DNA of 64,000 nt from Cyanidioschyzon merolae (GCA_000091205.1 AP006495.2); one strand, 5' to 3'. Positions 33,596 to 45,126 are shown, counted from the stretch's first letter. Program-made: numbers and translations. The notes: generated by a model from the sequence alone, not told the origin.

Positions 33596-36370
33596 ATGGC
33601 TTTCGTCAGCACTGTCCATTGCTCGAGGTTTCGCCTCTATGAGACTTGCGGAGCTCAACGCTTGATTGCGTTCTCCGTTCGGTGGCGGTCGTTGAAGCGC
33701 TGTCGCCTGAGACCTGTGTGCGAGTTGTCGAGCGATGGGCAGCTGGAGCCGCGGCGTAATCCGCTGAACAAAGCCGATGATTCGAGCGAAGGACAGGAAC
33801 GCTCTGAATCCGAGCGTTCGCAGTGGACTGAGGAAGCGCGCCGCCAGTGGCCCGAGTACGAGCCGGGCTTTGTGCCACGCTCCCGGAACGACCTGGACGC
33901 AGAAGAATACCCGACGAGCACCCCCGGCGACAGCAGTGGTGGTGCCGGCATCGCTGCGGGCTACGTGACAGGCTCCCGAGAGGTGATCCATGATCCCGTT
34001 GTCGTGTCGCGACGAGAGCTTCTCTACGCTGTGATTAGTATTGCAATAATCGTCACAGGCATTCTGGGGACAGTCTATCGTCGCTCGCTTCGCTGGTTTT
34101 CTCTAGCCGGTGTCTTTGGAAGCCTGCGACGTCGATACCCGCCACCGAACGCAAATCTGCGAGAGTTCATGATGGAGTGTGAAGCCGGCGCTGGACCGGT
34201 AGCACCGGCGCTGCAACACTGTTATTACATTCAGTGGCTGGGGGGTGCCTCCTCAGCACTTGAGGCTGCTCCTGGACATTGCACGGGGAAGAAGCTCCTC
34301 GTGCTGCTGCTTTGGCGAGCCACCGATTCGGGAACCGGGGCTGCCCTGGACGTTCTGGAAAACCTGCGGCCATATATGGACTTTATTGACATTGTCTGCA
34401 TGCACACGCCCAAATTCGATGGCGAACGCCCACCCCGCTTCGTTCAACTCTCTGCCAAGTACCATGAAATGAATTTTCCCTACGGAGCTGATGTCTCGCT
34501 TCGTCTGTGGCGGGATCTCGGAGTAACGGTCTGGCCCACTGCAGTTGTGCTTTCACCGCGTTCCAAACGAGTGTTGTTCGCCTTCGAGGGCTACCGTGCG
34601 CTCCCCCGAATTCTGCTATGTGTTCGCGCTGCTATCGACTTTTACTTTCCCCGGCGCGTGGCAACGCAACCGCCTCCGGAGCCTTCCTTGCGTTCGGAGC
34701 AGCTACCCTCTGGTAAGTCGGCTCGGCTTGGGGCGCACTCTGATGCGTTTCCTATATCCGCAGGTGCTTTGAGCGAGCTGCTGGAGAACAGACGGCGAGC
34801 GCTGGCGTCTGCTGAAGACACCGCTAGTCTCAAGGAGCAACGAAGCTCCACTCGTACTTCGAAGCGCAGTTCACGAAAGCGCGACAAGGCCTCCCCCGAA
34901 TCGCGACTACCAACCCGCTCGCCACTGCCTCCGCAGGACGTTTACGGGCGCCAGATACTCGCTCTCCTGGATACATCTCGCCAAGCGCTCGCTCTGCGGT
35001 TTCCCGGCAAATTAGACGTCCACGCTGAGAGCGATCGTCTGTTTATTGCGGATAGTGGCCACCACCGGATCCTGGTTACCAAACTCTCTGGTGAATTCAT
35101 CGAGCAGATTGGTGGACGAGAGGGTGCCGGCTTTCGAGACGGTACCTTCTCCGAGGCGCTTTTCCAGTACCCCCAGGGCCTAGTCTTTGATCCACTGGGA
35201 AATCGATTGATTGTGGCAGACTCGGGAAACAATGCACTGCGTATTGTCCGTTTCTCGGATGGAACTGTGAGCACCGCATCTGTGGCACCACTTGTCAAGG
35301 AGACCGACGTGCAAGGCGTCATGGAGCGCAGCATATCCATGCAGGACCGCGAATCCGGGCGGCACCGAGCGGCTGTCTCGGCAGCAGCAACAGAGCCACC
35401 TGCAGCGTCCGAAGGAACACCGTTCTGGGCCTGGCAACGACGCTGGTTCAAACCAGAACGAACGCGTCCTGCGGTGCAGCGTCAATACGAGCAGTTGCTC
35501 AGCGTTGCGGACGCCGATGTGCGCTTTGCCGAGGTCAACGACCGCTCCAACAACACGAGCAGCGCTGCCAAATCCAACAGCAAACCAGGAACCACACACC
35601 AAAGAACTGGCATCGCTGCAAATAGCTCGCCGCTCTCGCTAACACCGAGCCCACGCAGTCGTTTCCGACTTCCCTGGGATGTCAAGATGCATGCCGGATC
35701 CGTTTATGTGGCGGTTGCAGGATCGCACCAGATATGGCGTTTGGATTCTACCGGGATCCTCCGAGAATACCGCGGTAGTGGCAAACCAGGCCTCGTGGAT
35801 GATGCCGAGGGCTCCCGGGTTCCGGTGTCGTTTGCGGCGCCTCATGGTGTGTGCGTCCAGGGGACGTGTCTCTATGTCACAGACTCGGACTCGTCTACGG
35901 TTCGCGCCATCGACCTGCGCGCTCAGTGGACACGAACGATTGTAGGCGGCGACGTCTTCTTCCTCGAGAGCCTGTCAACGTTTGGCGACCGAGACGGCTG
36001 GGGCCGCGGCGGGCACCTCCAGTACCCGTGCGGGTGTTGTGCGCTTCCAGATGGTCAGATTCTGCTCGCAGATACGTTGAATCACAAGATCAAGGTATTG
36101 AACCTGGAGCTTCGAGACGTCCGAACGCTGGCTGGGTCCGGAGAGCCTGGGCTCCATGACGGTGCCAGCACACAGGCAGCTTTTTTTGCTCCACAGGGCA
36201 TCGCATACGATCCCACCGTTCGAATGGCGTATGTTGCGGACACGTACAATCACTGCATTCGACAAGTCGACGTTGCCACGGGCACGGTGCGCACGCTCAC
36301 CCTGACTCCTCCGGCGGTTTTGGAAGCGCTCGCTGCGCCCGCTGCGGAAACCTCACCCAACGGTCGATAG
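33596..36370 (+). CDS. NHL-repeat beta-propeller protein with N-terminal thioredoxin-like region (NHLRC2-like)
   Basis: Repeated NHL-type blades: LFIADSGHHRILV, LIVADSGNNALRIV, LYVTDSDSSTVRAID, ILLADTLNHKIKVLN, AYVADTYNHCIRQVD. Upstream Trx-like segment (KKLLVLLLWRATDSGTGAALDVLENL..VTVWPTAVVLSPRSKRVLFAFEGY). ATG at 33596; an internal later start is possible. Confidence 0.7.
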   Translation: MAFVSTVHCSRFRLYETCGAQRLIAFSVRWRSLKRCRLRPVCELSSDGQLEPRRNPLNKADDSSEGQERSESERSQWTEEARRQWPEYEPGFVPRSRNDLDAEEYPTSTPGDSSGGAGIAAGYVTGSREVIHDPVVVSRRELLYAVISIAIIVTGILGTVYRRSLRWFSLAGVFGSLRRRYPPPNANLREFMMECEAGAGPVAPALQHCYYIQWLGGASSALEAAPGHCTGKKLLVLLLWRATDSGTGAALDVLENLRPYMDFIDIVCMHTPKFDGERPPRFVQLSAKYHEMNFPYGADVSLRLWRDLGVTVWPTAVVLSPRSKRVLFAFEGYRALPRILLCVRAAIDFYFPRRVATQPPPEPSLRSEQLPSGKSARLGAHSDAFPISAGALSELLENRRRALASAEDTASLKEQRSSTRTSKRSSRKRDKASPESRLPTRSPLPPQDVYGRQILALLDTSRQALALRFPGKLDVHAESDRLFIADSGHHRILVTKLSGEFIEQIGGREGAGFRDGTFSEALFQYPQGLVFDPLGNRLIVADSGNNALRIVRFSDGTVSTASVAPLVKETDVQGVMERSISMQDRESGRHRAAVSAAATEPPAASEGTPFWAWQRRWFKPERTRPAVQRQYEQLLSVADADVRFAEVNDRSNNTSSAAKSNSKPGTTHQRTGIAANSSPLSLTPSPRSRFRLPWDVKMHAGSVYVAVAGSHQIWRLDSTGILREYRGSGKPGLVDDAEGSRVPVSFAAPHGVCVQGTCLYVTDSDSSTVRAIDLRAQWTRTIVGGDVFFLESLSTFGDRDGWGRGGHLQYPCGCCALPDGQILLADTLNHKIKVLNLELRDVRTLAGSGEPGLHDGASTQAAFFAPQGIAYDPTVRMAYVADTYNHCIRQVDVATGTVRTLTLTPPAVLEALAAPAAETSPNGR

Positions 36371-37162
36371 CCGCCCAGCATCGGTATTGGTTACGGTGCG
36401 AGGCGTGCAGTGGACGAAGCGTCCACAGGAAGCACGCTGATCGACGCGATTGGTGTCGAATTGCCTCCCTCAAGTCGACATAGAAGCCTCTATGATAAAA
36501 GTCCCAGCAAACTGAGTATTTCGGCTTGGTTACGACGGAAACAGTGGCTCCAGTGCAAATGCAGCATCGATTCCCGCAGCTTGCAGCGGCGACTGCCCGT
36601 GCTATTACCGAAGGGCATGTAGCGCTGGATTCGTGACCGTGCGAGGCATCTTTATACCGCTGTATACCGATGACTTGAGTCGCATCCATATGATCGTTTG
36701 AGGGACACGGATTCAGCCTGTGTTCAGGATGCCAGCTGATAGCTCAGAGACAGGCAGAAACTGCGGGTGCTCCGGCACATGACTTTGACAATTCGCGGCA
36801 AGTAGGCCAGAGTTGACTCCATGGAATCTTGCGTCCGAGCAGCGTCTCGGACGTATCTAGGACTTTAGACAAGCTTTGGAGACGGGTGCATGCACGGCAG
36901 TTTTCGTAGTCTGCATTCCGCGAAGAATATTACACCCTTGGAAAGCTATGTCGCGCGTTGAGCGCTGAACACGCTGTCCCGTTCAGTATCGTCGTGCATT
37001 GCAAGGCGTCACGCTTTCTTTCGCGACGTCCAATCCCAGCATTTCCCTGTTGACGAAACCTAATTTCTTTACTGAACTGGACCAGTAACTCTGGAACCGC
37101 GCCCAGTTCGTCGCTGCAGAACGGGAACGCGCCATCCGGACGCTCCGGTGGCAGCAGGCCGG

Positions 37163-38362
37163 TTACTCCTCGGGTCGATTTCGCACCAGCTTCAGTTCAG
37201 ACTCCATCGCCTCGATTTCATCTCGCGGACCCTTGACGTACAGGATCGCTTTCGAGTCCGACGACACAGGATCGACTCGAAAACGGAACTCCTCCTCCCG
37301 TTGGTTTGTGTTCCAATAGTAGAACCACATCAGCGGCGACAGCAGTATTAGCGCATACCACCAGTCGCTGTTACCAGGAAGCAGAACCTTGGCAGCCAAG
37401 GCGAACCCGTACAACCCGCCTGCTGCGCAGAAAACGAGAAACGCCCCGATCGCGACACTCGGTTGCGTGCGTCCGCGAAAGACGAGTACCCGGGAGGCCT
37501 CTCGCTCGCGCGGCACGTACTTCCGCGCAGTAAGGTAGTCACCTACCAGTTTCTCGATGGTTACAATATCACTCTCCTTTGTGTCAATAAAGGTATAGTT
37601 GGTTTGTTCGATGCGCGGGCGCCCACTCGCTACCATGAACCTGACGAACCCTACCAGCGTCAGCAGGAACGTCAGACCGCCGACGATCCGAGGCGCGGTG
37701 GTGTTCGCCACCTCTGCTGTTGTCGTCACCGATGCATGGGCAACCGCGGGAACGCCCACGCATCCGTATGCAAAGAGCTGTGCCAAGTCGCGCGTGGGTA
37801 GTGGTAGCGCTTGCTCCACACGATTGTGTGAACGCTGCTTCCTGACAAGAGCGGGCGTCTGCTCCGCATGCAATCGGAAGAGGCGGCATCGCTGTTGTTG
37901 TAATCGGTGTACGTGCGTCCCTTGCCACTTTATCGCAGTGAAAGAGCAGAACATTGCACGAGCACTGGCATGAATCCCGTTCGACGCCATGACTGAAGCG
38001 ACTCGGAGTACGTTCACGTTCGAACGGGAGTCTTGGGCGAGGCTCCATGCATGCCGCGGCATCTGCAGTGCGAATCGCCGGCGGGCAGCGCGCGGCTGCG
38101 GCTCTGAAGAAGACCCTCGATCGTGGCGTGATCGATGAACATAGGATCCTGAACTACTCGCATTGTTCCAGATTACAAGGCTTTTCTGCGTTTTCTTTCG
38201 ATATACAGCCTGGATATTCCAACTGTGGCTACACGGAGCTTGAACCTTCAGGTGTAGATATAGGATTCCAGGTCTTTTTTTCGGGAGTGACCTTGTCGAC
38301 GTGTTGGTGCTGGGTTTCGTCAGATCAACGGAATCAAGATGATTCGCGATACCCTCGAACAA
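37163..38362 (-). CDS. Hypothetical membrane protein (only the C-terminal roughly 170 aa look protein-like; true start probably internal)
   Basis: C-terminal region has hydrophobic segments (IVGGLTFLLTLVGFVRFMV; AIGAFLVFCAAGGLYGFALAA; WYALILLSPLMWFYYW) separated by the charged loop YTFIDTKESDIVTIEKLVGDYLTARKY, with an acidic tail EEEFRFRVDP..EIEAMESELKL. The N-terminal 230 aa are low complexity. Confidence 0.3.
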   Translation of the reverse strand: MFEGIANHLDSVDLTKPSTNTSTRSLPKKRPGILYLHLKVQAPCSHSWNIQAVYRKKTQKSLVIWNNASSSGSYVHRSRHDRGSSSEPQPRAARRRFALQMPRHAWSLAQDSRSNVNVLRVASVMASNGIHASARAMFCSFTAIKWQGTHVHRLQQQRCRLFRLHAEQTPALVRKQRSHNRVEQALPLPTRDLAQLFAYGCVGVPAVAHASVTTTAEVANTTAPRIVGGLTFLLTLVGFVRFMVASGRPRIEQTNYTFIDTKESDIVTIEKLVGDYLTARKYVPREREASRVLVFRGRTQPSVAIGAFLVFCAAGGLYGFALAAKVLLPGNSDWWYALILLSPLMWFYYWNTNQREEEFRFRVDPVSSDSKAILYVKGPRDEIEAMESELKLVRNRPEE

Positions 38363-39060
38363 GCTTTCCTATAATAACGGGAATCATAATCCAATGTATA
38401 TGGACATGCCTCCGGTGCTCTGGTCTCCGCACTGCAGCACGCTCGAACCAAGTGCGCTTCAAGTTCTCGATCTCTCCGTTCCAAGCGACGCCAGGGCGCA
38501 GCGATTGACGCCGTCGGATGTACGAAGAAAAATGCTCCATATCGGCAGTTGAAGAATTGCTCACAAGCTTATGAAAAAATTCACTTATCATGCTGCGTCA
38601 GTGAATCGATCCCGTTCGGGAAACGATTTCCTATGCCTTTGCGGCGATCGACGAAACGTACTTCGACGCCTGCATGATACCTGTCACGGGATTTGCTCCC
38701 AAAGGCTCTCGTCTCTTCTGTTTCCATGAGAAAGCGTCTTGGACTCCGACTTGAGTCATCGCAGCGATCGCTTCTTGTGGAGCGTGCGTCACTGTTTTCC
38801 ACGAAGAAAGTGGATTCGTATCGACATTTCTCGACTTGTTCTCCAACCTTGATTCTTCTTTCGGTATCTGTTTCATCTTGGCCAACATCATGTTCCAGAA
38901 ATCATCTATCCGCTGAAAAACCATGAGCTCGTGTGTGCAGCTGACAGAGTACATGGCAAGCGGATCGCCCAAATCAGTACTGTGACCCATTGGTACGGCA
39001 CCTCGGGCACGTAAGCGGAGGCGGGAATCGGGGAGTCTTCTGTGCCCGCCACGGGCATGC

Positions 39061-39432
39061 AGCGAGCGATGTGGCAAGCGCTCACACGGCATGAGGCAGC
39101 CTCCGGAGGACGTCAAGGCGGACACACAGGAAAGTTCCTGACCACACTCAAGTAGCGAGCGATGTGGCAAGAGCTCACACGGCATGAGGCAGCCTCCGGA
39201 GGACGTCAAGGCGGACACACAGGAAAGTTCCTGACCACACTCAAGTAGCGAGCGATGTGGCAAGAGCTCACACGGCATGAGGCAGCCTCCGGAGGACGTC
39301 AAGGCGGACACACAGGAAAGTTCCTGACCACACTCAAGTAGCGAGCGATGTGGCAAGCACTCACACGGCATGAGGCAGCCTCCGGAGGACGTCAAGGCGG
39401 ACACACAGGAAAGTTCCTGACCACACTCAAGT
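39061..39432. repeat. Minisatellite, 93-bp unit x 4
   Basis: agcgagcgatgtggcaag(a/c)gctcacacggcatgaggcagcctccggaggacgtcaaggcggacacacaggaaagttcctgaccacactcaagt, with unit starts at 39061, 39154, 39247 and 39340. It explains the periodic 268-aa minus-strand ORF 38631..39437, which is an artefact. Confidence 0.85.
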
Positions 39433-39748
39433 GTCATCGCCGCGACAGGCGCACCGAGTGTCCATCCAAAGAAGCTTCAGTGAGCAAGCGCAACGTCGAT
39501 CGCAGCTTCCGCCTTTAGGTAAACAATGCGATAAAAAAGCAGCAGTCGGAAACAACGAGCATCGGCACGCTTTATCTGCTATGAGTGTCTATCGACAGTT
39601 GCTCATAGAGCTGGAGCCCCAGAAGAGACCGACGTTCCTAAAAGTTGGAGATAAGACGCGGGAAACCGTAGCAGTCGAAAAAAAGTTTCGCATACGCAGG
39701 TATTGAGGATAGCAAGAAGATGCCGCAAACACGAGGGCGTGCGTTCGG

Positions 39749-39760
39749 GTCCGAGGAACC
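39749..39760. repeat. Homopolymer C12
   Basis: gaacc-cccccccccccc-ggttcc read directly. Confidence 0.9.
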
Positions 39761-39946
39761 CCCCCCCCCCGGTTCCAAGCCACGGCGCTGTGGATGTTCC
39801 AGGACGCTGCGCGTTGCGAGTCCGCTCTGCGAGCGCGCATTTTCCGTGTCCCAAGTATACAAATTCATATAGTTCTGTCCTGACATGTACTACACGGATT
39901 GGCGCATGTCCTAATTGTACACTATTGGATCGTTGTCTGCCACAGC

Positions 39947-42523
39947 ATGCCGCCACGGCAACGACGTAAGCGCATGTTCCCGGTAGCGCCGATTCGGTGC
40001 CGCAGGTCTGTCTTGGTGCCTGCTGGTGCACTGGTCTCGCAGGCGCTTGTGTCTGCCGACGCGGGCTGCAGGCGACACCTCAACGCCTGGAGAGGCATCG
40101 TTGTAGCGGTGATCAACGACTACTCGTGGCTCGCAATAACGCGCAGCGTGTCCACTCTGGTTCGAATGCAATACCAGTACGACCTGGGGGGTTTCACGCG
40201 AGCGGAGCTGGATGCCTATGTTCGCGACGTGGGGAGGCGGTTCGTTTCTCAAGAGATGCAGCGGAAGCAGGCCAGCGGAAAGCTGGACCCGGCTGCAACG
40301 CCTGAGGATAACTGGTACGCTGACCTCTGGGCCTATCTCGCCGAGAACAATCTTCCGCGGGGAAAGTTACCCACGCTGGGCGGTGCCCCACTCGATCTCT
40401 ACAAACTTTTCGTGCTGATTATCCAGCGGGGCGGCTTGCAGAAGACGATCGACGCACGAGACTTTAAAAACGTTGCCAAGGAGTTGGCGCTACCACCGAC
40501 CTGCACAGCAGCAGCTTTCGCGCTGCGGCAGGCATACGAGCGTTTGGCCTACGTCTACGAACAAAAGTTCCTTTTTAATCGGGAGCCGCATGAAGCGCCG
40601 CCAATCCGCCAAGCAGTCAAGTCGAGTATGAGCTTTGTCCCACGACCCGGTGGCTCGGACGGCGCAACCCCGGAGGACAGTGTCTCTCGAATCGCATTTC
40701 GAGGCTTTGAGGGCGAGCAGGCTACCTCTCGCAGCTTGGTGCGTTTTGGTGGAGACGGACTGGTGTCGGGATCTCACGGAAACGCTACATCTGGTAGTGC
40801 AGCGGGCGCACCGTTGACTGCACCTCCAACGGGACAGCAGCACACCGTACGCGTGTCGAAACAGGTGCTACGAGATGCACTCATGGGCGCCGGGGGCCTC
40901 CTGCTGCCGTTCAGTGGTGTCAGTGTCCCGTACCGTGAACGGATCAAGCAAGAGGTGGCCGCAACCGAGTCGCCAAAGCGGCGACGCTCGGCACTGCGTG
41001 GAAACGGCCGATCCGTGGGGTCGCAACGAGGCCACTGGAAGGAGCGCGCACCGCCCTGGTTGCCATATTTTGCGGAGAATCTGAACAGCGAACGGGAGAA
41101 GCTCGTACTGAGCTTGCAGAGCGGTGTACGCGAGGAAGTTCGGTGGGCGCTGACAACGTTGAACGCGCTCTGCTCAGGAGCACCAGCGGGAACGAGCGTC
41201 TCCATCGGCGGGCGCTCTACATCAGGCCGACTGGAATTACGCTGCGCGCTCTACCCAGGCCTGTTGGACGCCTTAAATGATTTGCTGGACGCATATCTGG
41301 AGGATCTCGAACGAAGGCGGCAGTGGAGTTTGTCGATGCCCCAGGAGCTGCGCGAATGTCGTGGCGCACATCTGGCGGATTTGTCGGCATCGGCGTTGGA
41401 AACTTTGGAGCCAGGTGCCGGCAATAACGAGCGCGCTCTAGACACGCCTGAATCCAGTTTGCAAGGATATCGTGCAGGCCTCATGAACTGTCGCGACACA
41501 ATTGCCAAGGAACGAGCGCAATACAGTCTACTGGTAACCAATGCGCTGCGCAACATGAGCTTTACAACAGGGAATGAGATTGCTTTGGCGACGCATCCAG
41601 CATTGCGCTCGACAACGCTGCGCTTGCTCCGTCATCCGGACACACAGCCAGCATGCGTGGACGACTTGCTAGATATGTGGCTGAACATCGCCTCATCAGT
41701 AACGCTAGTTTCGCGAACCGACTGGGCCAACGCTGCTGGTAGTGGCGTTGCTGACATGAATACACTTCGAACGAATGCCGAGCACGCAGCGTCGGTCATT
41801 GTGAACGGAGTCGATGAAACTAGCAGGCCTGCAGCGCAGGTAGACGCTCCAGCGCCTAGCTCAGGTTGGCGCGAAAGCAATACCGTTCGGAGAGGCCTCG
41901 CGGTCACCGGTGACGCCCACAGCGCGCACTCGTCTCGAGTCGACGCCCTGGACACGATCATCGACTGGCTGGATGCCACACATCCGAATGCTTCTGTGCA
42001 GCGCCTGTGCAAGGCTGCGGAGATTGTGGCCCAGTTTGCGACTCGCTTGGAGAATGAGACAATTATGATTACCCGCTTTCCCGTTCTGCTACCGCGGCTC
42101 GTAGATATGGTTGCACCAGGCACAGGTACCCATCTTGCAAGCGTCCAGCTCAGCATGGCCGCACTGGACGCCCTAGCGAGCCTCTCGGCATTCGAATGGC
42201 AGGCACGCGAGCGTATTGCGCGCACACCGCGCCTGGTGCCTACCCTCGTCAGAGTTGTTGCGGCAGCGGTTGCACAACAAGAACCAGAGCTGCTACATCG
42301 TGCTGGGGTGCCGTCCCCCAGCGAAACATCACCCCGAGTCACTGCAACGATCGGTGCATCGCTATCCGCTCGAGCAGCGCTGGTATTGCTGAATCTGGCA
42401 GAGAACCCTCATAATCGCCGGCTGTTATTGCCCTATGAATTAGTTTTGGTGTATGGGGCCATGACGGACAAGGTCGCAGGCACTGCGCTGGCGTCGGTGC
42501 TTCATGAGCTGGTCGCTGACTAG
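39947..42523 (+). CDS. ARID (AT-rich interaction domain) DNA-binding protein with armadillo-like C-terminal region
   Basis: ARID core: ADLWAYLAENNLPRGKLPTLGGAPLDLYKLFVLIIQRGGLQKTIDARDFKNVAKELALPPTCTAAAFALRQAYERLAYVYEQKF (conserved W, L..LY..V...GG, W..VA..L, Y..L..YE pattern). Long helical-repeat C-terminus. Track start 39899 is TTG; first in-frame ATG at 39947. Confidence 0.75.
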   Translation: MPPRQRRKRMFPVAPIRCRRSVLVPAGALVSQALVSADAGCRRHLNAWRGIVVAVINDYSWLAITRSVSTLVRMQYQYDLGGFTRAELDAYVRDVGRRFVSQEMQRKQASGKLDPAATPEDNWYADLWAYLAENNLPRGKLPTLGGAPLDLYKLFVLIIQRGGLQKTIDARDFKNVAKELALPPTCTAAAFALRQAYERLAYVYEQKFLFNREPHEAPPIRQAVKSSMSFVPRPGGSDGATPEDSVSRIAFRGFEGEQATSRSLVRFGGDGLVSGSHGNATSGSAAGAPLTAPPTGQQHTVRVSKQVLRDALMGAGGLLLPFSGVSVPYRERIKQEVAATESPKRRRSALRGNGRSVGSQRGHWKERAPPWLPYFAENLNSEREKLVLSLQSGVREEVRWALTTLNALCSGAPAGTSVSIGGRSTSGRLELRCALYPGLLDALNDLLDAYLEDLERRRQWSLSMPQELRECRGAHLADLSASALETLEPGAGNNERALDTPESSLQGYRAGLMNCRDTIAKERAQYSLLVTNALRNMSFTTGNEIALATHPALRSTTLRLLRHPDTQPACVDDLLDMWLNIASSVTLVSRTDWANAAGSGVADMNTLRTNAEHAASVIVNGVDETSRPAAQVDAPAPSSGWRESNTVRRGLAVTGDAHSAHSSRVDALDTIIDWLDATHPNASVQRLCKAAEIVAQFATRLENETIMITRFPVLLPRLVDMVAPGTGTHLASVQLSMAALDALASLSAFEWQARERIARTPRLVPTLVRVVAAAVAQQEPELLHRAGVPSPSETSPRVTATIGASLSARAALVLLNLAENPHNRRLLLPYELVLVYGAMTDKVAGTALASVLHELVAD

Positions 42524-43415
42524 GACACCCCAATGGCGTCGGTCGAGTCTGCCGTGGCAAAGGCGCCGCTGAAACCCAGTTCACAGAGAGGCACCGTGCG
42601 ATGCGTACGAGGTGTAATGTCTGACATTTCAAACTTCGAAACAGAGCACGCATCGTTCTACGCTATGGGAATGTGCATCTATATGCAGATCATTCACCCG
42701 AACGCTATGTATGGTGCGTTGCGCCCCGGGGAGCGCTTCGAGCGCCAGACTCACGTCCCGAACAGAGCGCAGGTCTCCGGAACGCTGAACAGTACAACGT
42801 ACCCCGGTTACGCGTGCTGGTCGGAAACCCGCGAAGCAGCAGCAGCAGCACCGTTCGCATCCACTGGGCGGAACACAGGCAGCAAACCTGATCGCACAGA
42901 CAAGTCGGCGAGTCGTTCGAGGTCGCCCCTGCACGTAAAGAGCTTCCCAGCGTTGCATGCTCCCCGTCTGTTTACCGCTTCGTGCACGTTATTTCTCGGA
43001 CCGGTCAGCGGTTTTCTAAAGCAGCTGTCGCAACAAAGTGCCAGGAAGACTCGCACAGGGAACCCGAATGCCGTCCGCTGCATCCGACATCCAAAGTGTG
43101 CACTGGCGACGAAGCCCCCGACAAGCGTCCAGCCAGCGCAGTAACCGCTGCGGAGGTCGCCCGCCGGCCCTGCAGGCACGATTGACAAGTCGTGGCTCAC
43201 CAGTCCCGCATCAAAAACCGACACGAAAGCCGAGCACTGAACGCCAGAATGTCCCAGAGCATGGACCCACGTATAGAATCAACTCGCCACCGAATACCTG
43301 CGAATGACAGGCGAAGCTCGCTGCTCGGGTCTGCGACTGCCATTTCGGGGGCGTGCCAGCAGGCGTTCACAGCGCCGGGCCCCGATGCTGGACTTGTCAT
43401 GTTTACCGCACATCC

Positions 43416-44345
43416 TCATGAACGCGTGGATGCGGCTTTGGATTCCATGGAACGTCGCGCTGAGCCGCTCGCTTTTCGAGATGTATGCAACGTGCTGCCG
43501 CGACCTGCCGTGCTTGAAGTCGCCTGGACCGCAACCATGGCGTGCTCGGGGGGTATCGGCTGGGCACCGACCAGATCCGGACCCGCAAAGGCCTCCGCCC
43601 TCTCCACTACCGAGTCGCGTTGGGCGTACAGTCGAGCCTGTTGCATCGATGCTGACAGCGGGTCGACACTCGTGGTCGATGGTCGCTCGCTGGCTCCAGC
43701 ATCACCGCGTCGTCGCGCTTTGACTCGCTCAAACTGCTCCATTTCCGCATCGAGCTGGGTGCGTCGTTCGCCCAGCTGCCAGGCATACGGAAACGGTTGT
43801 GATAGAGATGGATCGACTGGTAGATAATTCCCGTCGTTGTCGATTTCTTCGTAGTTCGTACCTGGTGGCAGGCATGTCGCCACCGCCTCCAAAAGCAACT
43901 GCGCAGTTCTCTCGTGTACGACGGGTTTTGGTGCTTGCTCAGCCACCGAGTCCACAGAGTCCAGACCAAGGTCCGTAAAAATACGAGCACCGGCCTCTAG
44001 ACAGCGCTCAAGCACTGGTAACCGCTCAGGTCTGTGGTTACAGATAAACAGCAGCTGCCACGCGTTCAGATCACCAGACTCGAGAAGCGGTCGCAGACGC
44101 TCCTGTAAGAGCAGCAAATGGTCGACCTGTTGAGCTGCAGGTGAAAAGTACTGCAAGCCGGAGCCAAAGTTCGCTACCGGGATGATCTCCTGGTCACACG
44201 CTCGCGGAACGTACGGTCGCGGCAGCGTTGTGACTCCCTTCACAACAGCGGCTACTCGCTGTGCCTGCTGCTCGTGCAACACTCGTATCATAGCACACAC
44301 CTCGGCGTCGCTCCATACTGCATACCATGGGTCGAGGACGCGCAT
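43416..44345 (-). CDS. Hypothetical conserved protein (309 aa), no motif recognised
   Basis: ATG-initiated ORF with globular-looking composition (MRVLDPWYAVWSDAEVCAMIRVLHEQQAQRVAAVVKG..LLFICNHRPERLPVLERCLEAGARIFTDLGLD..). I cannot assign a family by eye. Confidence 0.35.
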   Translation of the reverse strand: MRVLDPWYAVWSDAEVCAMIRVLHEQQAQRVAAVVKGVTTLPRPYVPRACDQEIIPVANFGSGLQYFSPAAQQVDHLLLLQERLRPLLESGDLNAWQLLFICNHRPERLPVLERCLEAGARIFTDLGLDSVDSVAEQAPKPVVHERTAQLLLEAVATCLPPGTNYEEIDNDGNYLPVDPSLSQPFPYAWQLGERRTQLDAEMEQFERVKARRRGDAGASERPSTTSVDPLSASMQQARLYAQRDSVVERAEAFAGPDLVGAQPIPPEHAMVAVQATSSTAGRGSTLHTSRKASGSARRSMESKAASTRS

Positions 44346-45126
44346 CCGCTAGTTGCAGCTGTAGCAGCAGCGAATTCTGCAAGAAAAACAGCCTGCTGCG
44401 ACTTGTCGACGCGACGTACAGAGCCGGGCGTGTGGCTAGGGTCTCTCAAGTCGATGGGGTTCCATCCAGGTGCGGTGCATTGCAGCCGATCGACATCACC
44501 ATGCAATGTATTCTCTAGATGGTAGACGAATTGCCTGTAAGATATGTATGCTTTTCTGAATAGTGCACGGAGCACTGCATTTCTCTTTCAGGTCAGACGT
44601 AACGCTGTTCTGAGATGGACGAGGAACACCGAACGGAAAAAGGAGATACGTTCAGCGTCAAAAAAGGCGCTCTTGAAGTGAGCTTGCGGTCCATGGTAGA
44701 AAACGACCCAATGAGCAGTTTAGCGAAAGAAAAAGCGACGGTCGTAGCCGCCACGGGCGTCTCTGGCTCTCATCAGCTTGCTCGTATGGTTCCGAACACA
44801 CTCGGATAAAGTCGCAAGAAAGAGTCCGGGTTCACGCACGGCCATCTTGCATCGGAGTCGCAGCTATGACAAACAGTTCCTGGAACGTCGCGACGTGTAT
44901 GGAACACAGCGACATCGGTTTGTCTTTTTCAGTCGATGGGGCTTGCTCCGGACGAAACAGTCAGCGCTTGTTTGGGTATTCGCATAGCGGGGGCCCGTTA
45001 TACGTACGACCGATCTCGAAGAGAACGAGGATATCATTATCAGTTCTGGTTGTAGTGAATACAAGTTGCGGCCTTCGTTTCGCAAGTGGAGGACGCACAC
45101 ACACACACACATACACACATCAATGA

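Noticed and set aside
5405-39432. Possibility that the regularly spaced repeats (111, 101, 93 bp units) are CRISPR arrays
   Set aside because: The whole unit is repeated, including what would be the spacer, so there are no unique spacers. The units are far longer than CRISPR repeats and the context is eukaryotic nuclear DNA.
38631-39437. 268-aa minus-strand ORF with four 31-aa repeats (LECGQELSCVSALTSSGGCLMPCELLPHRSL)
   Set aside because: It is generated by the 93-bp tandem repeat plus the adjacent dispersed 60-bp repeat. There is no start context or domain signal, so I treat it as an artefact of repeat DNA.
40140-40165. tRNA T-loop-like ggttcgaat motif
   Set aside because: It lies inside the ARID-protein coding frame with no acceptor or anticodon stem arrangement around it. 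I found no convincing tRNA elsewhere in the window.
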